Position numbers and translations under genes: made by a program. Positions 1-9,093 of a stretch of DNA of 64,000 nt are shown here, one piece after another (the stretch's first letter is position 1; each line of letters starts with the position of its first letter). The notes beneath the pieces were generated by a model. The model made no database searches. It had not been told where the DNA came from and saw only the letters and a program-made list of their open reading frames with translations. Source of the stretch: Acidobacteriota bacterium (GTDB lineage: Bacteria > Actinomycetota > Acidimicrobiia > ATN3); NCBI GenBank assembly GCA_003577105.1, contig QEUQ01000001.1:6118-70117 (forward strand), in the 5' to 3' direction.

Positions 1-383
1 GTCCACTCGACGATTTCGGTCATCGATGCCCCAGGAGTGAAGACCGCCGCCATGCCGCGCTCCTTGAGCTTTTCGGAGTCCCCCGGCGGAATGATTCCGC
101 CCCCGAAGACAACCACATCGCCTAGGCCACGCTCTTTGAGCAGTTCAATCACTCTGGGGAACAGGGTCATGTGCGCGCCCGAAAGGACCGAAAGTCCTAC
201 GGCATCAGCATCTTCCTGGATACAAGCCTCGACGATTTGCTCAGGAGTCTGATGAAGCCCCGTATAAATCACCTCGAAACCCGCGTCCCTCAGCGCGCGG
301 GCTATTACCTTGGCGCCACGGTCGTGGCCATCGAGACCGGGCTTGGCAATCACGACGCGATACCGGCGATCAGTCTGCTCCAA
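1..383 (-). CDS. Methylmalonyl-CoA mutase-type cobalamin (B12)-binding domain protein. The N-terminus is at 383 (TTG); the C-terminus runs off the window edge
   Basis: Reverse-strand translation reads [122 protein letters not shown]. This is the canonical B12-binding domain (DxHxxG...GG). A TAG stop lies upstream, so this is a stand-alone small subunit rather than the tail of a large one. Confidence 0.75.
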   Translation of the reverse strand, partial: MEQTDRRYRVVIAKPGLDGHDRGAKVIARALRDAGFEVIYTGLHQTPEQIVEACIQEDADAVGLSVLSGAHMTLFPRVIELLKERGLGDVVVFGGGIIPPGDSEKLKERGMAAVFTPGASMTEIVEW

Positions 384-456
384 GATGCCTCCCGTCTGGT
401 GTGCGCCTTTGCAGCCTATGACAGGCCCGAATCCCCATGCCACCCTACGAATCGGA

Positions 457-795
457 TCACGGCGAATTCCCGATCAGTTTCGCCCGGAATTCATTCGCAA
501 GGTCCTCGATTCCCGGCTGCTGCAGCTCGTTTCCCAAAGGATCGGAGAGCCCCTGGCCCTGAAGGGATTGCGCTATCGCCGCGACTTCCTCGGCGGTGAC
601 TGCCCCTATCACCAACGCAAAGAGAACTACCTGGCGGGTTTCGCGGCGAAGTCTGTCTCGCTCCTGGTTCCATGATTGCGCCGGCGGGGTACGACCGTCA
701 TCCTCCAGTTGCCAGGCCTCCTCGAGCGCGCGCATCCCCTCGTGCAAGTACAGTTCGAGCGCCTCGAGCGCCAGGGAGCCTTCACGATCCGTCAT
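457..795 (-). CDS. Hypothetical small protein of about 112 aa ([26 protein letters not shown]...)
   Basis: ORF lying between the B12-domain gene and the acyl-CoA synthetase. It has GC-rich third codon positions and a GGTGAG Shine-Dalgarno-like motif 4-5 nt upstream of the ATG. I recognise no homology. Its 5' end overlaps the synthetase stop by about 14 nt. Confidence 0.3.
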   Translation of the reverse strand: MTDREGSLALEALELYLHEGMRALEEAWQLEDDGRTPPAQSWNQERDRLRRETRQVVLFALVIGAVTAEEVAAIAQSLQGQGLSDPLGNELQQPGIEDLANEFRAKLIGNSP

Positions 796-2383
796 CTGAC
801 TCACCTTCGAAAAGCTGGCGTACTTGATCCTTCTTGACCTTGCGGGTCGATCCTCGCGGGAGCTCCTCGACAAACGCGTACTCAACGGGGCGCTTGTATC
901 CGGCAAGCCGGGAGTCAGCCCACACCCTCAATTCATCAAGATCGATCTTTGCTCCTGCTTCGACCTCAATTGCTGCCGCCACCCGCTCTCCAAGAACGTG
1001 ATCGGCAACCCCGACCACGGCGGCATCGGCCACGCCCGCGAAGCTTCTGAGGGCCTCCTCAACCTCTACCGCGTAGACGGTGTACCCACCCGAGGTGACG
1101 ACATCTTTTGAACGACCGGCAAAGTGATCCGTGACTAGCCCGCGCTTGGCCAGGTCGCCAGTCCGAAGCCATCCGCCCTGAACTGCCTTACCTGTCTCGT
1201 CTTCTCGATTTCGGTAGGAATGAAGCACCTTCCCGCCGCGGATGGCGATCTCGCCCACCTCGCCGCGGCGGACTTCTTTGCCTGACTCGTCGATGATCTT
1301 GATGGAAGTGCCCGGCAAAGGAATTCCAATTGAGCTGGAGAAAGGATCCCAGAACGGCAGCGAGATCTTGACGGTTGCCGCGCCCGAGTACTCGACCATG
1401 CCGTAGGCCTCGACGAATAGCGCTTCCCCGACAGGGCGCCCGCCGAGAGTGAAGGCCGACCCCATTCTCTGAAACTCGCGAGCCAAATCGCGAGGCATTA
1501 CGTCTGCCGCTGACATCCACACTCGCACCGACTTGAGATCTCGATACGCAGCGCCCGCGTCAAGGAGCATTCGGTACATGGCCGGAACGCCAACAAACAT
1601 CGATGCCCCAAAGGATTCAAGCGCGTCAAGAACTCTGACCGGCCTGAAGCGCTCCATTGCGAAGGTGCGAATTCCCGCTAGCAGCGCCCCTGCTAGTACA
1701 AGAAATCCCATTATGTGAGCGGTCGGAAGCGCCTCGACCATGAAATCACTCCGGAAGGGATATGCGCCGGCAAGCGAGATGTCCGAAAACAGTCCCCGGT
1801 GCGTGAGCATTGCGCCCTTCGGATTCCCTGTCGTGCCCGAGGTGTAGAAGATCGCGGCCACCTCGCTGAGATCAGGGCTCGGCCACTTACGGCTCCGGTC
1901 ATGTAAGAGGGACCACCGTGTTTCGACCCTGTCAATGCCGTCGAGGACTGCGGCCTCGGGAGGTGCAATCTCAACGCGAGCACCACAATCGGCGACCACG
2001 TGCTCGAGCTCCTGTGGCGTCAGCTCCGGATTAGCCGGAACCGCCACGGCCCCCGCCCGAGATGCCGCCAATACCGATGCCAGGAACATGACTCCGTTTG
2101 GCCCTCGCACCACAATCCGCGGGAAGGCGGACTCCCCTTCGGCACCGAGCTTGGATGCTATGTCGCTGGCTAGAGCCTCAACCAACGAGTCGAATTCCGC
2201 ATAGGAAATCTCAGTCCTTTTCGGCTCACCTCTCAAGCTCCCCGGAAGAATTTCAAACGCGCTCCGATCACCGTGGTGCTGCGCCGCCATCGATGAGACC
2301 TCGCCGAGCCGTGGAACCGAAAGCCAACGGCCGGTCAACAGGTCAAGCAGTCCCACGCTCAGACCTTGGCCAGTGGTGCCCAT
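782..2383 (-). CDS. AMP-dependent acyl-CoA synthetase/ligase (FadD-like)
   Basis: The AMP-binding signature YTSGTTGNPKGAMLTHRG is present, followed by GYGMVE and the C-terminal ...TGDL...GR.KD... block. Length is about 530 aa. The start is set at the MGTTGQ methionine, because the longer ORF reaching 2482 would overlap the helicase. Confidence 0.85.
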   Translation of the reverse strand: MGTTGQGLSVGLLDLLTGRWLSVPRLGEVSSMAAQHHGDRSAFEILPGSLRGEPKRTEISYAEFDSLVEALASDIASKLGAEGESAFPRIVVRGPNGVMFLASVLAASRAGAVAVPANPELTPQELEHVVADCGARVEIAPPEAAVLDGIDRVETRWSLLHDRSRKWPSPDLSEVAAIFYTSGTTGNPKGAMLTHRGLFSDISLAGAYPFRSDFMVEALPTAHIMGFLVLAGALLAGIRTFAMERFRPVRVLDALESFGASMFVGVPAMYRMLLDAGAAYRDLKSVRVWMSAADVMPRDLAREFQRMGSAFTLGGRPVGEALFVEAYGMVEYSGAATVKISLPFWDPFSSSIGIPLPGTSIKIIDESGKEVRRGEVGEIAIRGGKVLHSYRNREDETGKAVQGGWLRTGDLAKRGLVTDHFAGRSKDVVTSGGYTVYAVEVEEALRSFAGVADAAVVGVADHVLGERVAAAIEVEAGAKIDLDELRVWADSRLAGYKRPVEYAFVEELPRGSTRKVKKDQVRQLFEGESDDGS

Positions 2384-4647
2384 GCGAGAAGGAGGCGCTT
2401 CTCTCCGACCGACGGGAATCGAACCAATGCCTGAGCATCGTCGCCTTCCCCTTCGAGACCGATTACCACGCCCTCGCCCCATTTGTTGTGTACCACGTCG
2501 TCCCCGAGGCTAAGAGATATGGGCGCTGCCCTCTCCGGTTTCCTGGCGATGCGATCCGGTCCGCCTTGAGGTGCTCTACTGATCGCACTCCGAGAAGTCC
2601 TCACGCCGCTGACACTCTCGCTCCAGCGCCCAGGATCCGTTCCTATCTCCCGTGTCAATTCCGACGGGATCTCCGACAGGAAACGACTGGGGGGATTTGA
2701 GCCGTAGGTCCCGAAGAGATTCCGTTCCCAAGCTCGTGTGAGATATAGGCGTTCACCAGCACGCGTTATGCCGACGTAGCAGATCCGGCGTTCTTCCTCT
2801 AGTTCCTCGCGGTCTGCCATCGAGCGTGAATGAGGGAAGATGCCGTCCTCCATGCCAGTGACGAAGACGACCGGGAATTCGAGACCCTTGGCATTGTGCA
2901 GGGTCATCAACGTGACGCTCGATTCCGGATCGGCTAGCGCGTCTACATCCGCGACCAGACCCACCTGCTCGAGAAAACCGGCTAGCCGCCTAGCATTGAC
3001 AGTCAGGCCGCCGCCTGTCGGCTCGACTTCCGGTTCGACCTCGACCATGCCCGCGTCCCATGCTGCGTCGAAATCTGCCGCCACCCCGGTCAGTTCGGCG
3101 AGGTTCTCCAGTCGCCCCGTTGCCTCAATTGACTCCTGCTCCTCGAGATCAGCTCGGTAACCGGTCTGCTCCAACACCGCATCGAGTATTCCGGCAACGC
3201 CTGTGAGGTCATCGAGACCATCTCTCATGCCCATCAGCAGCTCGGCAAACTCTTCAGCCTTCTTCGCTGACCGAGCTGCGAGTGCCGGACATGAGCTTGC
3301 CGAACGCATCGCGTCGAAGAGGCTCATACCCGCCTCCGTCGCATACTCGGTCAGGCGTACCACAGTCGTATCACCGATACCTCGTCTCGGTACGTTGACA
3401 ATTCGCCGCAGAGAGACGGAATCTGCCGGATTGGCAATCAGCCGAAGGTACGCCAGTGCATCGCGGATCTCTCGTCTGTCGTAGAAGCGAGTACCTCCCA
3501 CAACCCTGTATGGAATTGCCGCCGCGGCCAGGGCCTCCTCGATTGAGCGGCTCTGCGCATTCGTGCGATAAAAGACAGCGACCTCGCCGAATCGCGCATC
3601 CCCACCGTCAACTAAGCGCGCGATTTCGTCGGCTACATACCCGGCCTCCGCCCTCTCGTCAGATGCCACAAAGACGGTCACGGGCTCGCCCTCGCCCAGC
3701 TCCGACCAGAGATTCTTGTGGCGCCGGGCAGAGTTGTTTGCTATCACGGCGTTTGCGGCATTGAGAATGGTCGTCGTCGAACGATAGTTCTGCTCAAGCA
3801 TCACGACTCGCGTGCCTGCGATGTCACGCTCGAACGACGCCATGTTTCCGGTATCCGCGCCCCTGAAGCGATAAATCGACTGATCCGAGTCACCAACGCA
3901 GAAGATGTTGCCGTGCTCACCGCCGATCATGCGCACCATCTCCCACTGCACGAGATTCGTGTCCTGAAACTCATCGACGAGTACGTGGGCAAATCGCGCT
4001 CGGTAGTGCTCAAGGATTCCCGGATGAGCCTTGAAAAGTTCAACCGTCTTCAGGAGAAGATCGTCGAAATCCATGGCAGATGCCTCAATTAGCCGCTCGT
4101 TGTATCGCTCGAACACCGCAGCCGTCACCTCGTCGCTGGGTCCCTTGGCGCTTTCAGCAAACTCCGCTGAGGTGACCATTCGATTCTTCAGATGTGAGAT
4201 CTTCGACTTGATTCCCCGAGGGGTGAATTGGCGAGACTCATATCCCAGCTCCTTGAGGCATGCGGCCACCAGGCGTTCTGAATCGGAATCGTCATAGATC
4301 GAGAAACCTTGTCTGTATCCAAGCGCCTCGGCCTCTCTCCTGAGGATGCGCACACAGGCCGAATGAAAAGTGCGAACCCACATGGCCGGTGAGAGCGGAT
4401 GGCCCAGGAGGCCGGAGACCCGCGCAACCATCTCCGAGGCTGCCCGATTTGTGAAGGTGATCGCGAGAATTGAAAAAGGGTCCGCGCCGAACTCCTGTAT
4501 CAAGTAGGCGATGCGATGTGTGAGGACCCGCGTCTTGCCTGATCCGGCACCGGCCACCACCAGAATCGGCCCTTCGCCGTGCATTACCGCTTCGCGCTGG
4601 ACTGGATTTAGTCCTTCAAGCAGGGCCGGAACAGGGTCTTCGGGCAT
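2359..4647 (-). CDS. uvrD: ATP-dependent DNA helicase of the UvrD/PcrA family (superfamily 1)
   Basis: N-terminal LNPVQREAVMHGEGPILVVAGAGSGKTRVLTHRIAYLI contains the Walker A motif. The DEFQDTN motif II, YRSTTTIL and the C-terminal VGITRA helicase motifs are all present. Length is about 763 aa from the MPEDPVP start. Confidence 0.9.
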   Translation of the reverse strand: MPEDPVPALLEGLNPVQREAVMHGEGPILVVAGAGSGKTRVLTHRIAYLIQEFGADPFSILAITFTNRAASEMVARVSGLLGHPLSPAMWVRTFHSACVRILRREAEALGYRQGFSIYDDSDSERLVAACLKELGYESRQFTPRGIKSKISHLKNRMVTSAEFAESAKGPSDEVTAAVFERYNERLIEASAMDFDDLLLKTVELFKAHPGILEHYRARFAHVLVDEFQDTNLVQWEMVRMIGGEHGNIFCVGDSDQSIYRFRGADTGNMASFERDIAGTRVVMLEQNYRSTTTILNAANAVIANNSARRHKNLWSELGEGEPVTVFVASDERAEAGYVADEIARLVDGGDARFGEVAVFYRTNAQSRSIEEALAAAAIPYRVVGGTRFYDRREIRDALAYLRLIANPADSVSLRRIVNVPRRGIGDTTVVRLTEYATEAGMSLFDAMRSASSCPALAARSAKKAEEFAELLMGMRDGLDDLTGVAGILDAVLEQTGYRADLEEQESIEATGRLENLAELTGVAADFDAAWDAGMVEVEPEVEPTGGGLTVNARRLAGFLEQVGLVADVDALADPESSVTLMTLHNAKGLEFPVVFVTGMEDGIFPHSRSMADREELEEERRICYVGITRAGERLYLTRAWERNLFGTYGSNPPSRFLSEIPSELTREIGTDPGRWSESVSGVRTSRSAISRAPQGGPDRIARKPERAAPISLSLGDDVVHNKWGEGVVIGLEGEGDDAQALVRFPSVGEKRLLLAWAPLAKV

Positions 4648-4835
4648 CGTCACGGCGCAAGTGTACCGGCGACGGAAAGTACCCGATAACAAGGTAGGGA
4701 GGCGAGTGCCGGGAGAGGTTCGACCGCGACCCACAACCTCGCGTTATCCATCGACGGAGAAATCCGTCACAATTGGAGGGAGCAGCATCCGGGGATGTCT
4801 GAGCAGAGCGCATCAACGAGGTTTCAAGGCGAGAA

Positions 4836-5375
4836 ATGGCCCCAGTAAAGGTCGTGATAACCGGACCCGAGGGAGTTGGGAAGACTTCCTTCGTCCGCAC
4901 AATCGCGGACATGGTTGTCGCGTCAAACGAGCCTCATCCCAGCGGGGAGGGCCAAGTCACAATTGACTTCGGCCGAATAACGCTAGCCAGAGATCTCGTC
5001 ATTTACTTGTACGGAACGCCGACAAAGGCCGAGCTTCAGCAGCTTTGGGAGACCTGGACTGAGGGAATGCTCGGTTTCATCGTCATGGTTCAGGCTCAGG
5101 ACAAGACCCAGCTCGATGAGGCTGCCGCCTACCTCGAGTACTTTCGCGAAAAGGGTGACTGGCCACATCTCGCTCTCGTGAACATGTGCGGCGATGACAC
5201 CGAGCTTGATTGTCAGATTGTTTCAGAGGTCCTGGGCTTGCCATTCCCCGAGCAGGTTGTTCCAGTCGATGCCCTTGACCGAGAATCAGTCAAAGAGGCT
5301 CTGCTGACCTTCTTGGCGATTGCCATCAATCCAAAGCGAGCCAGAGCACTGGCTCGGGCCAACACGCCCTTCTAG
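4836..5375 (+). CDS. Small Ras-like GTPase / ATP-GTP-binding protein (CvnD / MglA-like)
   Basis: MAPVKVVITGPEGVGKTSFVRT (P-loop) ... VTIDFGRITLARDLVIYLYGTPTK ... VNMCGDD. The pattern matches actinobacterial conservon CvnD-type GTPases. The catalytic Gln that normally follows the GTP(G) motif is absent. Confidence 0.6.
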   Translation: MAPVKVVITGPEGVGKTSFVRTIADMVVASNEPHPSGEGQVTIDFGRITLARDLVIYLYGTPTKAELQQLWETWTEGMLGFIVMVQAQDKTQLDEAAAYLEYFREKGDWPHLALVNMCGDDTELDCQIVSEVLGLPFPEQVVPVDALDRESVKEALLTFLAIAINPKRARALARANTPF

Positions 5376-5382
5376 GAGAGCA

Positions 5383-6237
5383 TTGCCAGCGCGAACCGAT
5401 ATTGAGATTCCCTTTGGCGCCAAGACGCTGCGCGGATGGTTCTACGAGCCGGATGAGCCGCGACCGTGGCCAGTCGTTGTCATGGCACACGGGTTCTCAG
5501 GTGTGAAGGAACAACGACTCGACGCATTTGCGGATGTCTTCGCCGAGAAGGGCATGTCAGTCTGCGTATTCGACTTCCCCAACCTCGGCGCTAGTGGCGG
5601 AGAGCCACGGGGTGATATCGATCCAGCTGAGCAGATCAACGCCTTTCGGACCGCAATCGAATGGGCGGGGGCGCGAGATGGGGTGGATTCCGAGCGGATA
5701 GGAATCTGGGGCACCAGCTACAGCGGAGGTCATGTCCTCTCCCTTGTCTCATCGAGCGAGAACATCAAGTGCGCTGTTGCCCAGGTTCCCTTCGTTGGGC
5801 CTCCGATGGATGAAATCCCAGCACCACTCGAGGCGATGTTCGCGTCGGAGCGAGAACGGACATCTGGATCTCCGTCAATGGTTCCGGTCGTCGGCGACGG
5901 ATTTGCCGCCCTGCCGACCCCAGACGCCAAGGCCTGGGCAGAAGCTTTCGCGCCGCTGGCTCCCAGCTGGAAAAACGAAGTCACCCTTGCAAGCGTCGAT
6001 CGCCTTCTTCATTACCAGCCCGCCGAGAAGATCGAGGATTCATCAGTCCCCCTCCTCGTAGTTCTTGCCCTCAACGACTCGCTCATTCCCGCAACCATGG
6101 TGCGATCGGTCTACGAGCGCGCGGGCGGAGCTAAGCGCCTCGTCGAGATCGAATCAGGCCATTTTGATGTCTACTTGGACCGCTTTGATGAAGCCGCTGA
6201 GCCTGAAGCCGATTGGCTTGCCAAGTACCTGACCTGA
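5383..6237 (+). CDS. Alpha/beta-fold hydrolase (dienelactone-hydrolase / S15-like)
   Basis: VVVMAHGFSGVKEQ...GIWGTSYSGGHV carries the nucleophile elbow (GxSxG-like GTSYSGG). The TTG start at 5383 sits 3-4 nt after an AGGAGA motif, immediately after the GTPase stop, so the two genes are translationally coupled. The longer ORF from 5320 overlaps the GTPase. Confidence 0.7.
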   Translation: MPARTDIEIPFGAKTLRGWFYEPDEPRPWPVVVMAHGFSGVKEQRLDAFADVFAEKGMSVCVFDFPNLGASGGEPRGDIDPAEQINAFRTAIEWAGARDGVDSERIGIWGTSYSGGHVLSLVSSSENIKCAVAQVPFVGPPMDEIPAPLEAMFASERERTSGSPSMVPVVGDGFAALPTPDAKAWAEAFAPLAPSWKNEVTLASVDRLLHYQPAEKIEDSSVPLLVVLALNDSLIPATMVRSVYERAGGAKRLVEIESGHFDVYLDRFDEAAEPEADWLAKYLT

Positions 6238-6250
6238 GTTCGCAGTTGAG

Positions 6251-6904
6251 CTAGCCCGCGAGCGCGGACAAGCGCTTGACTAGTTTCTCAATCCCCTCTG
6301 CGATTTCGGGCAAAGGCGCGTCACACATGTAGGCCGGGGTCGAGAGGACTCTTTGCTCGGAATCTTCGACAAAGTCGTTGGCCGGGCACTCGATGTGCTC
6401 AGCGCCCATCTCTTCGAGCGCCGCTGCCGTTCCGGGATCGCTTCCGATCGTCAACTTCACTCCGGGAAGTAGCCGGGCTGCAATTGCAGGGGAGATACAG
6501 ATGAAGCCAATTGGCTTTCCCGCCGAATGCACCTCCTGGACGAACTGCGCCACAGATGGCTCGACCTCACTCGAGGTTCCTTCCGTCGCGAAATTGCTCA
6601 GATTCTTGGCAGCCCCGTATCCGCCTGGAAAGACCAGCGCGTCGAAGTCCTTAGCGCTCACATCTCCGAGTGCCTTGATGTCGCCTCGCGCTATCCTCGC
6701 TGCCTCTTTCAGCACGTTACGAGTCTCTCCGGCTGCCGGCTCGCCCGCCACATGATCGACAACGTGCATTTGGTCGATATCGGGTGCGAGGCACTGATAG
6801 CTGGCCCCGCTCTTCTGCAGGGCCAGAAGTGTGAGGACTGCTTCGTGGATCTCTGAACCGTCAAGGAATCCGCAGCCTGACAAGACAACACCAACCTGAG
6901 CCAT
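6251..6904 (-). CDS. elbB: DJ-1/PfpI-family isoprenoid-biosynthesis protein ElbB (glyoxalase ElbB-like)
   Basis: MAQVGVVLSGCGFLDGSEIHEAVLTLLAL...ALVFPGGYGAAKNL...GFICISPA is a typical ElbB/DJ-1 class I glutamine-amidotransferase-like fold with the conserved Cys. Confidence 0.8.
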   Translation of the reverse strand: MAQVGVVLSGCGFLDGSEIHEAVLTLLALQKSGASYQCLAPDIDQMHVVDHVAGEPAAGETRNVLKEAARIARGDIKALGDVSAKDFDALVFPGGYGAAKNLSNFATEGTSSEVEPSVAQFVQEVHSAGKPIGFICISPAIAARLLPGVKLTIGSDPGTAAALEEMGAEHIECPANDFVEDSEQRVLSTPAYMCDAPLPEIAEGIEKLVKRLSALAG

Positions 6905-6948
6905 TTGGAACTCCTTCACCTTTTCCGAGCTCTCGGGGACGCGCTGCG

Positions 6949-7467
6949 CTATCCCCCGTTGGATTCCGATTCTGCCGAATATCCACCTTTGCGCGCAGCC
7001 GACATGCCCACCGGGCCAGGAAGCACCGCTTCCAAGTCGAGTAGATATGCAGTCTCTTCACCATGCCGGGCGAGTGCGATCAGGCACGCCTCTCCCCTGC
7101 GCAGAGTCTGAGGCAATGGAGCCCGCGTGGCAGAGACAACTCCGCGTGCCTCATCGACAACGAAACCCACCAAACCTTTGCCCGAGTTGTAGACAAGGAC
7201 GTGCTCGGGGTGATCGGCCTCATGCAAACCAAGAACCTTTGCCAGATTCACAACGGGTACCGCCTCGTCAAGAACTTCGATCATGCCGATCACGTCCTCG
7301 GGAGCCTGCGGTAACGGCCGTATGTCCTCGGCGCGCTGCACCAGACGAATTCGATCCAGCGCAACTGCATGAGGCTCGCCGCCGAGCACAAATGCCAGAA
7401 CTTGCTCAGGCCTTCCCTCGAGAGAAAGATCGCCCTCCGCCGAAACCTGAGGCGTGGCATCGGTCAA
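6949..7467 (-). CDS. cheW: CheW-like coupling protein (second CheW of the operon)
   Basis: A CheW domain is present: EQVLAFVLGGEPHAVALDRIRLVQRAEDIRPLP...VIGMIEVLDEAVPVVNLAKVLGL. The gene overlaps the CheR stop by 4 nt. Confidence 0.85.
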   Translation of the reverse strand: MTDATPQVSAEGDLSLEGRPEQVLAFVLGGEPHAVALDRIRLVQRAEDIRPLPQAPEDVIGMIEVLDEAVPVVNLAKVLGLHEADHPEHVLVYNSGKGLVGFVVDEARGVVSATRAPLPQTLRRGEACLIALARHGEETAYLLDLEAVLPGPVGMSAARKGGYSAESESNGG

Positions 7468-9089
7468 CGTAAGGTGCCGCCTTCAAGCAGGCCCACCTTG
7501 TCGGCACAGAGCTGAATAAGTGCATCGTGACTCATGGACTCAAGATACCCGTCCCACTTGCCCTCATGATCGGCCTCGAGATATCGAAGCGCATTCTTGT
7601 AGTCGATCAGCGACTGATCCCTTTCGCCGAGTGCCTCTAGCAGAGTGGCTCGATAGAAGTACGCAAGAGAAAACTGCGGGTCGCAGTAGACAGCCCGCCC
7701 AAAGGAAGCGAGGGCATCATCATCTGCTCCTAGACGCTGTTGTGCCGAGCCTAGAAGGAAGTGCAACGAGGCTTCTGTCGGAGCCCGCTCGATCGCAGCT
7801 GCGACCAGACTGACGACCTCGTCAACCTGCCCTCGCTCAAGATGACCCTGCGCCGTCGCAACCACCTCCGACAATTCACCGTGCTCGAGCGGAAGATTGC
7901 TTGCCCTCAACGAGGCGACCTCTTCCTCGGCTGACTCGAAATCGTCTCCCGCCGGAGAGCTTGTCTCAAGCGCGCCGGCGCCGATCGCGCCGACCCCGCG
8001 CCCTGAAGCACCCGGACTTGAAGCAATTGCAGGAGTCTCAAGCGGTCTCACTGCCGGAGGCGTGATCGCTTCAATCCCCATCGCCGGAATCTCCGAGCTC
8101 TTAGTAGGTGCTGCGGCGATCGAAGACGTCGGTGCCGCATTGGCGATCGCATAGCTCCGGCTGGAGGCCGCCGGGAGGACTGAATCCGGCACACGTCCCT
8201 CGTACGGCTTCCGATAGACAAAGGAGGTTCCCAGATCTACCAGTTCGAGGCTGTGGGGCTGCCGCCAGAGGCTCTCGGAGTGCCCCAAGAAGAGGTAGCC
8301 CCCGGGGCGCAGGGCAGCCTCGAGTGAGCGGATCGCACGATGAAGCGCATCCTTTGAGAAATAGATGGTCACATTGCAGCAGAAGACGATGTCGCTTATT
8401 CCAGCTGCCGGCGGCTGATCTGCGGACAAATTGTGGGGTGAGAATGTCACAAGCTCAGCAACCTGAGGAATGACGCAATAGGCATCCCTGTCCCGCACAA
8501 ACCACCTTCGCCTGAGCAGATCGGGCACACCTGCGAGATGCCGCTCGTCATATCGCCCACTTCGGGCCCGTTCGAGGATGTCGGTCGAGATATCGGTCGC
8601 CATCACCCTCACCCGCCAACTCGACGCCTCATCACCAAGTGCCTCAAGAACTGAAATGGCGAGCGAGTACGGCTCCTCGCCAGACGAACACCCCGCAGAC
8701 CAGAGTGTCAGCTCCTTTCGCGAAGCGGCATTACGAATCACCTCGGGAAGTACGTTTCTGCGCAGACCTTCGTACTGTGGACGATTTCTGAAGAACTCGG
8801 TTTGATGGATCGCGACCTGGTTCCAGAGTGCCTGAAGTTCACTCGGGTCTGAAGTGGCCAGATCCACATAATCTGCAAACGTCGCGCACCCTACCGCCAG
8901 CGCCCTATCACGCAGGTGAAGCCTGAGGACCTCGCGGCGCTTCTCGTCATAGACCATGCCCGCAGACTCGCTGAGCAGCTTTCGAACACGGGAATACTCG
9001 TCATCGCCAAGGACGGCAAAGGATCCGTCTGCACGCTCCCGCAGGAGCTTGCTCAGCTTGCCTTGCGGAGGTGGTGCTCCCCCGATCAT
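7464..9089 (-). CDS. cheR: CheR protein-glutamate O-methyltransferase with C-terminal TPR repeats (FrzF-like)
   Basis: The CheR N-terminal and SAM-methyltransferase motifs are present (FFRNRPQYEGL, LTLWSAGCSSGEEPYSLAI, FCCNVTIYF). After a low-complexity linker come TPR-like repeats (LHFLLGSAQQRLGADDDALASFGRAVYCDPQFSLAYFYRATLLEALGERDQSLIDYKNALRY). The start is chosen at MIGG (9089), 4 nt after the upstream gene's stop. The ORF is open up to 9158. Confidence 0.8.
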   Translation of the reverse strand: MIGGAPPPQGKLSKLLRERADGSFAVLGDDEYSRVRKLLSESAGMVYDEKRREVLRLHLRDRALAVGCATFADYVDLATSDPSELQALWNQVAIHQTEFFRNRPQYEGLRRNVLPEVIRNAASRKELTLWSAGCSSGEEPYSLAISVLEALGDEASSWRVRVMATDISTDILERARSGRYDERHLAGVPDLLRRRWFVRDRDAYCVIPQVAELVTFSPHNLSADQPPAAGISDIVFCCNVTIYFSKDALHRAIRSLEAALRPGGYLFLGHSESLWRQPHSLELVDLGTSFVYRKPYEGRVPDSVLPAASSRSYAIANAAPTSSIAAAPTKSSEIPAMGIEAITPPAVRPLETPAIASSPGASGRGVGAIGAGALETSSPAGDDFESAEEEVASLRASNLPLEHGELSEVVATAQGHLERGQVDEVVSLVAAAIERAPTEASLHFLLGSAQQRLGADDDALASFGRAVYCDPQFSLAYFYRATLLEALGERDQSLIDYKNALRYLEADHEGKWDGYLESMSHDALIQLCADKVGLLEGGTLR

Positions 9090-9093
9090 CGGG

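Noticed and set aside
782-4734. The apparent overlap of the acyl-CoA synthetase ORF (to 2482) with the helicase ORF (from 2359), and the long N-terminal extension of the helicase ORF (to 4734).
   Set aside because: Both are artefacts of taking the longest possible ORF. Homology begins at the internal methionines (MGTTGQ... at 2383 and MPEDPVP... at 4647). Using those removes the overlap.
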